From: Pristiophorus japonicus
Taxonomy: Eukaryota
Reading direction: 5' to 3'
DNA length: 64,000 bases
NCBI RefSeq assembly: GCF_044704955.1
Contig: NC_091992.1
Coordinates: forward strand, 63,674,001 to 63,738,000
Positions 12,371-21,667 of the stretch are shown piece by piece. How positions within the stretch are numbered: position 1 is the first letter of the stretch; every line of letters starts with the position of its first letter. The position numbers and the translations under genes were made by a program. The notes below the pieces were generated by a model. That model was not told where the DNA came from and did not search any database. It was given only the letters and a program-made list of their open reading frames with translations.

Positions 12371-12665
12371 GAATATGAAGTTGAAAACATAGGGATAATA
12401 TGAGGGGAACAGTACATCCGCCATTACCCGATGACCAGTATGCGATCAAAAAGAATGGAAAGATAAGGCGAATATCTTTATCTGGGTGCCGGAGAGAAGG
12501 AAGCCTAACTACATGCCCTCACCAGTGTGAAACGGGAGCAAGGATAGCTGCGGGTTTGACAATACTACGGAAGGATGTGTCATTGGAATAAGCCCTGCCT
12601 GAACCGAACCCACACATTACGCCTATCAAGGATGAGGAGAATATTGTGTTGTAACTAGCCTGGCA
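12371..12665 (+). pseudogene. ERV env piece 3 (Cys-rich region)
   Basis: EYEVENIGII..YAIKKNGKIRRISLSGCRREGSLTTCPHQC..DSCGFDNTTEGCVIGI..QG*GEYCVVT across frameshifts. Confidence 0.65.
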
Positions 12666-13743
12666 AACATAGGAACATAGAAAATAGGTGCAGGAGTAGG
12701 CCATTCAGCCCTTCGAGCCTGCATCACCATTCAATAAGATCATGGCTGATCATTCCCTCAATACCCCTTTCCCGCTTTCTCTCCATACCTCTTGATCCCT
12801 TTAGCCGTGGGCCATATCTAACTCCCTCTTGAATATATCCAATGAATTGGCATCAACAACTCTCTGCGGCAGGGAATTCCACAGGTTAACAACTCTCTGA
12901 GTGAAGAAGTTTCTCCTCCTCTCAGTCCTAAATGGCTTCCCCTTATCCTAAGACTGTGTCCCCTGGTTCTGGACTTCCCCAACATCGGGAACATTCTTCC
13001 CGCATCTAACCTGTCCAGTTCTGTCAGAATCTTATATGTTTCTATGAGATCCCCTCTCATCCTTCTAAACTCCAGTGAATAAAGGCCCAGTTGATCCAGT
13101 CTCTCCTCACATGTCAGTCCAGCCATCTCTGGAATCAATCTGGTGAACCTTCGCTGCACTCCCTCAATAGCAAGAACGTCCTTCCTCAGATTAGGAGACC
13201 AAAGCTGAACACAATATTCTAGGTGAGGTCACACCCAAGGCCCTGTACAACTGCAGTAAGACCTCCATGCTCCTATACTCAAATCCCCTCGCTATGAAGG
13301 CCAACATACCATTTGCCTTCTTCACCGCCTGCTGTATCTACATGCCAACTTTCAATGACTGATGAACCATGACACCCAGGTCTCGTTGCACCTCCCCTTT
13401 TCCGAATCTGCCACCATTCAGATAATATTTTGCCTTCGTGTTTTTGCCCCCAAAGTGGATAACCTCACAATTATCCACATTATACTGCATCTGCCATGCA
13501 TTTGCCCACTCAACTAACCTGTCTAAGTCACCCTGCAGCCTCTTAGCGTCCTCCTCACAGCTCACACCTCCACCCAGTTTAGTGTCATCTGTAAACTTGG
13601 ATATTACACTCAATTCCTTCATCGAAATCGTTAATGTATTTTGTAAAGAGCTGGTGTCCCAACACTGAGCCCTGCGGCACTCCACTAGTCACTGCCTGCC
13701 ATTCTGAAAAGGATCCGTTTATCCCGACTCTCTGCCTCCTATC

Positions 13744-15947
13744 AGAATGAAACAGTTAATTCAGAGACCATGGTCCAGAACTTAAAGAAGGGTAACTTTG
13801 AAGGTATGAGGCGTGAATTGGCTAGGATAGATTGGCGAATGATACTTAAGGGGTTGACTGTGGATGGGCAATGGCAGACATTTAGAGACCGCATGGATGA
13901 ATTCTGTCTGGCGTAAAAATAAAAAGGGAAGGTGGCTCAACCGTGGCTATCTAGGGAAATCAGGGATAGTATTAAAGCCAAGGAAGTGGCATACAAATTG
14001 GCCAGAAATAGCAGCGAACCCGGGGACTGGGAGAAATTTAGAACTCAGCAGAGGAGGACAAAGGGTTTGATTAGGGCAGGGAAAATGGAGTACGAGAAGA
14101 AGGCGGATTGCAAAAGTTTCTATAGGTATGTAAAGAGAAAAAGGTTAGTAAAGACAAACGTAGGTCCCCTGCAGTCAGAATCAGGGGAAGTCATAATGGG
14201 GAACAAAGAAATGGCAGACCAATTGAACAAGTACTTTGGTTCGGTATTCACTAAGGAGGACACAAACAACCTTCCAGATATAAAAGGGGTCAGAGGGTCT
14301 AGTAAGGAGGAGGAACTGAGGGAAATCTTTATTAGTCGGGAAATTGTGTTGGGGAAATTGATGGGATTGATGGCCGATAAATCCCCAGGACCTGATGGAC
14401 TGGATCCCAGAGAACTTAAGGAGGTGGCCTTGGAAATAGCGGATGCATTGACAGTCATTTTCCAACATTCCATTGACTCTGGATCAGTTCCTATGGAGTG
14501 GAGGGTAGCCAATGTAACCCCACTTTTTAAAAAAGGAGGGAGAGAGAAAACAGGGAATTATAGACCGGTCAGCCTGACCTCAGTAGTCGGTAAAATGATG
14601 GAATCAATTATTAAGGATGTCATAGCAGCGCATTTGGAAAATGGTGACATGATAGGTCCAAGTCAGCATGGATTTGTGAAAGGGAAATCATGCTTGACAA
14701 ATCTTCTGGAATTTTTTGAGGATGTTTCCAGTAAAGTGGACAAAGGAGAACCAGTTGATGTGGTATATTTGGACTTTCAGAAGGCTTTCGACAAGGTCCC
14801 ACACAAGAGATTAATGTGCAAAGTTAAAGCACATGGGACTGGGGGTAGTGTGCTGATGTGGATTGAGAACTGGTTGTCAGACAGGAAGCAAAGAGTAGGA
14901 GTAAATGGGGACTTTTCAGAATGGCAGGCAGTGACTAGTGGGGTACCGCAAGGTTCTGTGCTGGGGCCCCAGCTGTTTACATTGTACATTAATGATTTAG
15001 ACGAGGGGATTAAATGTAGTATCTCCAAATTTGCGGATGACACTAAGTTGGGTGGCAATGTGAGCTGCGAGGAGGATGCTATGAGGCTGCAGAGTGACTT
15101 GAATAGGTTAGGTGAGTGGGCAAAAGAATGGCAGATGAAGTATAATGTGGATAAATGTGAGGTTATCCACTTCGGTGGTAAAAGCAGAGAGACAGACTAT
15201 TATCTGAATGGTGACAGATTAGGAAAAGGGAAGGTGCAACGAGACCTGGGTGTCATGGTACATCAGTCATTGAAGGTTGGCATGCAGGTACAGCAGGTGG
15301 TTAAGAAAGCAAATGGCATGTTGGCCTTCATAGCGAGCGGATTTGAGTACAGGGGCAGGGAGGTGTTGCTACAGTTGTACAGGGCCTTGGTGAGGCCACA
15401 CCTGGAGTATTGTGTACAGTTTTGGTCTCCTAACTTGAGGAAGGACATTCTTGCTATTGAGGGAGTGCAGCGAAGATTCACCAGACTGATTCCCGGGATG
15501 GTGGGACTGACCTATCAAGAAAGACTGGATCAACTGGGCTTGTATTCACTGGAGTTCAGAAGAATGAGAGGGGACCTCATAGAAACGTTTAAAATTCTGA
15601 CGGGGTTAGACAGGTTAGATGCAGGAAGAATGTTCCCAATGTTGGGGAAGTCCAGAACCAGGGGTCACAGTCTAAGGATAAGGGGTAAGCCATTTAGGAC
15701 CGAGATGAGGAGAAACCTCTTCACCCAGAGAGTGGTGAACCTGTGGAATTCTCTACCACAGAAAATAGTTGAGGCCAATTCACTAAATATATTCAAAAGT
15801 CCTTACTACTCGGGGGATCAAGGGGTATGGCGAGAAAGCAGGAAGGGGGCACTGAAGTTTCATGTTCAGCCATGAACTCATTGAATGGCGGTGCAGGCTA
15901 GAAGGGCTGAATGGCCTGCTCCTGCACATATTTTCTATGTTTCTATG
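13744..15947 (+). mobile_element. 5'-truncated young CR1 with open RT domain
   Basis: 647-aa ORF 13932..15875 with all RT motifs; nearly identical to 8017-10249. Confidence 0.95.
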
Positions 15948-16351
15948 TAACCAGTTCTCTATCCACATCAGTACTTAACCTCCAATACCATGTGCTTTGA
16001 TTTTGCACACCAATCTCTTGTGTGGGACCTTGTCAAAAGCCTTTTGAAAGTCCAAATACACCACATCCACTGGTTCTCCTTTGTCCACTCTGCTAGTTAC
16101 ATCCTCAAAAAACTCCAGAAGACTTGTCAAGCATGATGTCCCTTTCACAAACCCATGCTGACTTGGACCGATCTTGTTCCAACTGTCACAGGAGCATCCA
16201 GTCGTGCCCCGGTAACTGCCCCCAAAGGAAGTGGAGTATGGGAAATTGCACTCCACTTCCATTGAGGGGTGGTAAGGCCAATTCTGCGGCAGGAGCAGGA
16301 CTTCCACGCTGGGGGCTAAAATTCCCTACCCCAGAAGGTTACCGGCCCCAA

Positions 16352-17060
16352 GATGGGAGCCTGTGCGAGGAGGCAGAGGGAAGTTGAGAGGAGACGGGGG
16401 CGGGGGATGGAGGGGAGAGTGGTGGAAGTGGAGGGGGCGCAGAAACCCAGGGCGGGGAGCAGGAGGGGCCACATTGCAGCTAACGTCTCGGGGGGCGAAG
16501 TGTGTTGGAGGGGCGGGCCTGGGGGCTCTGTGCCTCGTTGCGGGGAGTGTTTAGAGTGGAGTGGACGGGTTGACTGCGCAGATGGCGGTTGGTGGATGTG
16601 GTGTGGTTGGCGTCGCGGGGGCGTGGCTCCGGGGTGGCCTGGGCTGGGGGCTTGACATCCGGGGGTGTTCGGCATTTGGGAAGGATTCTGATGGGACGGG
16701 GCGGGTTGGGTGCGGGGGGGGAGTGTTCCCGGTGATGGGTGGGTCTGGAGCATGTGGGGGGGAGGCACGCTCTTGGGATGGGGCGTGGGCTGTTTGGGGC
16801 TGGGATTGGGAGAGACTTCTTCACTCGGGGAGTTGTTGGCCTGTGGGGATCCCTGCCGCGGAGAGTTGTTGATGACAGTTCATTGGATGTGTTCGGGAGG
16901 GAGTTGGATATGGTCCTTGCGGCTGGGGAGGTCGGGGGGTTTGGAGGGGGCGGAGGGGGGAGGTGCTGGGGTGGGTGTTCAGCCATGATCTTCTTGAATG
17001 GCGGTGCAGGCTCGAAGGGCCGAATGGCCTACTCCTGCACTTATTTTCTATGTTTCTATG
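16352..17060 (+). mobile_element. A-to-G hypermutated, internally deleted CR1 retrocopy
   Basis: aligns without gaps to the neighbouring CR1 (11311-11480 reverse complement) with most A replaced by G; 3' tail unmodified. Confidence 0.9.
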
Positions 17061-17676
17061 TCACTGCTTTCCAAATGCGCTGCTATTTCATCCTTAATGA
17101 TTGATTCCAACATTTTCCCCACTATTGATGTCAGGCTAACCGGTCTATAATTACCCGTTTTCTCTCCCTTCTTTTTTTAAAAAGTGGTGTTATATTAGCT
17201 ACCCTCCAGTCCATAGGAACTGATCCAGACTGTTGGAAAATGATCACCAATTCATCCACTATTTCTACGGCCACTTCCTTAAGTACTCTAGGATGCAGAC
17301 TATCAGGCCTCGGGGATTTATCGGCCTTCAATGCCATCAATTTCCCTAACACAATTTCCCGCCTAATAAGGATATCCTTTAGTTCCTCCTTCTCACTAGA
17401 CCCTTGATCCCCGAGTACCTCCAGAAGGTTATTTGTGTCTTCCTTCGTGAAGACAGAACCAAAGTATTTGTTCAATTCACATATCTATAGAAGCTTTTGC
17501 AGTCAGTTTTTATGTTCCCGGCAAGCTTTCTCTCGTACTCTATTTTCCCCCTCTTAATTAAACCTTTTGTCCTCCTCTGCTGAATTCTAAATTTCTCCCA
17601 GTCGTCAGGTTTGCTGCTTTTTCTAGCCAATTTATATGCCTCTTCCTTGGATTTAACACTATCTCTAATTTCCCTT

Positions 17677-18153
17677 ACAATTTACAATTATGGAGGCTTG
17701 ACTTGTAACATTACAATGCCTAACTTTTGCTTTACTCCCAGAGTGTTGGTGGCAGTGGGAAGAGCATGCATGACGTGCCAGGAAGACAATGACATTAAAT
17801 ATAAGCGATGAGATTCAGCAAAATATTGATAATTACATGAAAGAGCAAGCATCGCCAATTCCCCTGTTATCTGAAGATTTAACTGAGCTCAAAGGACCAT
17901 TAAGAAATAATTTAAAAGTTATTATGAGCTGAAGGTAAAGGCAAAGAACTGGATAGTGAAATAAAGGTTAACCTGAAAAATCCACCTTGGTACTTGAGAT
18001 TATGGAATTGGGGAATGAACATTGAAATACATCCGTGGATAAGTATCCTTTCATCCGTGGATAAGTATTCTAGTGGCAGTATAGATAGTAATAGCCATGA
18101 GTTGGTTGATGATGTTAAGTAACAAGTGCAAAAGACAGAAGAGGTGTACCTAA
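17677..18153 (+). pseudogene. ERV env piece 4 (C-heptad, Trp-rich juxtamembrane, TM helix, basic tail)
   Basis: YNYGGLTCNITMPNFCFTP../..ELDSEIKVNLKNPPWYLRLWNWGMNIEIHPWISILS..ILVAV*IVIAMSWLMMLSNKCKRQKRCT*. Confidence 0.65.
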
Positions 18154-18332
18154 GCAAAGCTACAAGCTAGGGAACAGGTCAAATTGTTGCAGAATGCATA
18201 CTTGACATGATTTGTGGGTGCTCCCAACCTATCGCCTGACCACCGAGACTGGGGCGGAGTACACGATAATCAGACAAGGTGAATTATTGGTCATGGTGAG
18301 TATTTGGGGTACCATCTGACCAAATGGGGGGA

Positions 18333-18996
18333 TTGGAGAGGAAAAAAATTAAGTACAGGGGACCTAATTAATCAAAGGGGACCTAATTAAGTAAAGTTGA
18401 AAATCATAAGCAAGGCTGAAAGAAAAAAAAAGAAAGATACGTGCTACAAAACACAGGGAAGATGCTAAACTAGAACTCGCAGGAAGATAAATGACCTTAT
18501 CACAGAAAAAAACAGACAGTTGGGAAAATTACACTGCAAGGCTAGGTCACATGGGGTGGTAAGAGATTGCGGGAAACAATGGATGATTGAGAACCCACAG
18601 CTGGTTGAGGGCAGATCGGCAAAGAGGGGAAGAGTTCAAAGACCCGAGAATGATGCAGCACGTAACTAATCAGATAAAAGGCACACAGGGGAGGTAACAA
18701 AGCTTGCTGTCAATATAATTATATTAACCAATTAATATTTGTAATCATAATAGATAGGCAAAACTTTGTGAAGTGGCAGGGAACCAATGGAAAGCTTCCG
18801 TGTGGAACTTCATGATTTTGTATGTATTTTGACAATATAAAAATAGCAGCCCCGAAGCTGCTCGGGGAGAATGGCTGATTTGGGTCACCGAGTTACTGAA
18901 CTCATGTGGAAGCCGGGTCTCCCTTGATCGATCGAGCAAAATAAACTCTCTTCTCCACATGCAGACTTGTGTCGAGTGTTATTTAAATACTCCACA
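18333..18996 (+). mobile_element. ERV 3' LTR preceded by a polypurine tract
   Basis: PPT-like aaatgggggga at 18322-18332; ends ttggag...ctccaca; TATAAAA at ~18836; AATAAA at 18940; 5' part duplicated at 5535-5628. Confidence 0.7.
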
Positions 18997-19239
18997 ACAG
19001 GTATAACACCTGCGAGCATTCAAAGATGGCTGTAGCTAGGCTAGTAGTTCCATAGGGAGTGCCTCATTGTTTCACCTCTATCCATGGGAATCTGCTGCCA
19101 TCCTCTGCCCTTTCTCTCTCACCCAAATCTCCTCACTTTCACTGTTCAAGTTCCCCTGGCTCCATCAGTTGGTGCATTTTAGCCCCAACTACAAATTAGC
19201 TGCTATCTTTAGCTGCCATTACCTATCCCCCACCCCTAT

Positions 19240-19923
19240 AAGAACATAACATAAGAATTAGGAACAGGAGTAGGCCATCTAGCCCCTCGAGCCTGTTCTG
19301 CCATTCAACAAGATCATGGCTGATCTGGCCGTGGACTCAGCTCCACTTACCTGCCCGCTCCCCATAACCCTTTATTCCCTTATTGGTTAAAAATCTATTT
19401 ATTTGTGATTTAAATACATTCAATGAGCTAGCCTCAACTGCTTCCTTGGGCAGAGAATTCCACAGATTCACAACCCTCTGGGAGAAGAAATTCCTTCTCA
19501 ACTCGGTTTTAAATTGGCTCCCCCATATTTTGAGGCTGTGCCTCCTAGTTCTAGTCTCCCCGACCAGTGGAAACAACCTCTCTGCCTCTATCTTGTCTAT
19601 CCCTTTCATTATTTTAAATGTTTCTATAAGATCACCCCTCATCCTTCTGAATTCCAACGAGTAAAACCCAGACTACTCAATCTATCATAAGCGGAATCAG
19701 CCTAGTGAATCGTCTCTGTACCCCCTCCAAAGCTAGTATATCCTTCCTTAAGTAAGGTGACCAAAACTGCAGTACTCCAGGTGCGGCCTCACCAATATCC
19801 ATTGCAGCAGGACCTCCCTACTTTTGTACTCCATCCCTCTCGCAATGAAGGCCAACATTCCATTCGCCTTCCTGATTACCTGCTGCACCTGCAAACTAAC
19901 TTTTTGGGATTCATACACAAGGA
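19240..19923 (-). mobile_element. CR1 3' fragment, host of the Tx1 insertions
   Basis: ORFs 19337..19657 and 19748..19933 encode the CR1 ORF2 C-terminus; (AAGAACAT) tail at 19240. Confidence 0.9.
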
Positions 19924-19929
19924 GACAGG

Positions 19930-20012
19930 ACAATGATGGCCGATTGGTTAAGGTGTTTGGTTTAAAATCTGATGGGTTTATACCCGCATCGGTTCGAACC
20001 CCACTCCTGGTA
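19930..20012 (+). pseudogene. tRNA-Leu(TAA)-derived sequence
   Basis: 83 nt collinear with vertebrate tRNA-Leu-TAA (GATGGCCGAxTGGTTAAGG...TTAA...GGTTCGAACCCCACTCCTGGTA); acceptor and anticodon stems mismatched; no CCA. Confidence 0.85.
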
Positions 20013-20036
20013 ATTCCTTAATTAAACAGAGATTTT

Positions 20037-21651
20037 ACAGAAGAAGCTGGTGGACTTCTTCTGGAACAACAGGAAGCACTGGGTCTCTGCCGCGGTCTTG
20101 AGTCTCCCGCTTGGGGAGGGCGGTCAGTCGTTGGTGTGCGTCAGCGCCCAGCTCGCGACTTTCCGTCTTCAGACCCTGCAGAGATACCTTTACGTTGAAC
20201 CCCCTCCTAGGTGGTGTGCTCTGGCGATGTATTTCTTCCGCCAGCAGCACGGCCTCAACTACGACACACAGCTCCTGTTTGTGAGTGTGGGGGGCGCCAG
20301 GACCGCCCTCCGGGAGCTGCCTGTCTTTTACAAGGAACTCATCAGGGTCTGGAACAAAGTCTCCACCAAGCGCAGCTCTCCACCGGCTGGAGTGGCGGCC
20401 GTCCTGCAGGAGCCGCTGCTCGGGGATCCGTACCTCCATGACCGAGGTTTTGGGTGGCGGTCGGACGAGAGGGCTGTGGCTGGTGAGGTGACCAGGGTCA
20501 GGGACCTGCTCGATGGTGGAGGAGCGGGCTGGATGGCGCCAGACACGCTGGTGCGGCGCCTAAATTCTGCCAATGTCCGCCACACGGCCGATGCCATCGA
20601 GTCTCTAAAAAGAGCTCTGGGCCCCGACTCCGTTAGGTGCATCGAGGAGGCTCAAGCACGTGGGGAGATCCCGTTCGAACTGACCCCCGTCTGGACGGAA
20701 TTCCTCATCAGCGCCAAACCCCGAAACCTCCCTCGGGGGCCGGCGCCTCACAACTTGAGCCGCCTCGGGGAAATCCCCTCCGTGCCTTTCAGTTCCGCGC
20801 GGAGGGGTTTCCTGTATGGGCTGCTCCTGCACACTCTCAACATTGCCATTCTCGCCTGCCGTCCGGACACGCCATGGCGTACCATCTTGCCGTCTGGAGG
20901 AGGCGGGGGTCCCCGATGGAGGGCACTCTACGCAGGGGTCCTCCCACTATTTGTCGGGGACTTGGCCTGGAGGGTGGTGCACGGAGCAGTGCCGTGCAAT
21001 AAATTTTTAAGCCGGTTCACGGGCTCCCAGGCCGCCTGCAATTTCTGTGGTCTGGAAGAGTCCGTGTTCCATGTTTTTATTGAGTGCACGAGGTTGCAGC
21101 CCCTGTTCTGTTATTTAAAGGGGCTGCTCCTGAAATTCTGGCTGCACTTCAGTCCCACACTCCTGATCTTCGGGCACCCTGTGCGGAGGGGAGCGGGTAG
21201 GTCCGAGGGCCTCCTTGTGGGACTGCTCCTGGGCACGGCCAAGGGGGCCATCAGCCAGTCCAGGCAGCGGGCGGTCGAGGGGGTCGTTCAGTCGGACTGC
21301 CTGCCTCTCTTCCGCGCATACATCCGGTCCAGGGTGTCCTTGGAGATGGAGCACGCGGTGTCCACCGGTACGCTCGCGGCCTTCCGCGAGAGGTGGGCAC
21401 CCGAGGGACTGGAGTGCATCATCACGCCCGGCAACCAAATTTTAATTTGATTTTATGTTTTTAAGTTAATTTGTTTTAAATGCCGGTGCTTTTAGTGTCC
21501 CCCTCCCCTTTTATAGGGGGCACTTGGAAAAAAATTTGATTCTGTGCCCAAAAAAACCCCCAAAAAATAACAAAAAGGGCCTTGTAAATGTTGGTGTTTC
21601 CCCCAGATCGGGGGGCACGGTTTAATGTTTTTTGTTTACTCCTAAACGAGT
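20037..21651 (+). mobile_element. 5'-truncated Tx1-clade non-LTR retrotransposon (ORF2 C-terminus and 3'UTR)
   Basis: open 466-aa ORF with DFFW..HWV..VL.LP..EGGQ and CNFC..EESVFHVFIEC zinc finger; 14-bp TSD ttcatacacaagga at 19910-19923 and 21652-21665. Confidence 0.9.
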
Positions 21652-21667
21652 TTCATACACAAGGACC

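Larger units (their letters stand above)
12667..17676 (-). mobile_element. 5'-truncated CR1 ORF2 (segments 12667-13742, 15948-16177, 17061-17676) interrupted by two plus-strand CR1 insertions
   Basis: RT motifs are collinear across both breaks (ctctgcctcct|..aaccagttctct; gatcttgt|tcactgctttcc). Confidence 0.85.

Noticed and set aside
16316-17104. Gly/Trp/Pro-rich ORFs and CpG-island-like composition suggesting a gene
   Set aside because: Explained by A-to-G conversion of CR1 sequence, which removes stop codons and raises GC
19930-20012. functional tRNA-Leu gene
   Set aside because: Mismatches in acceptor and anticodon stems, and it lies inside a retroposed TSD-flanked insert
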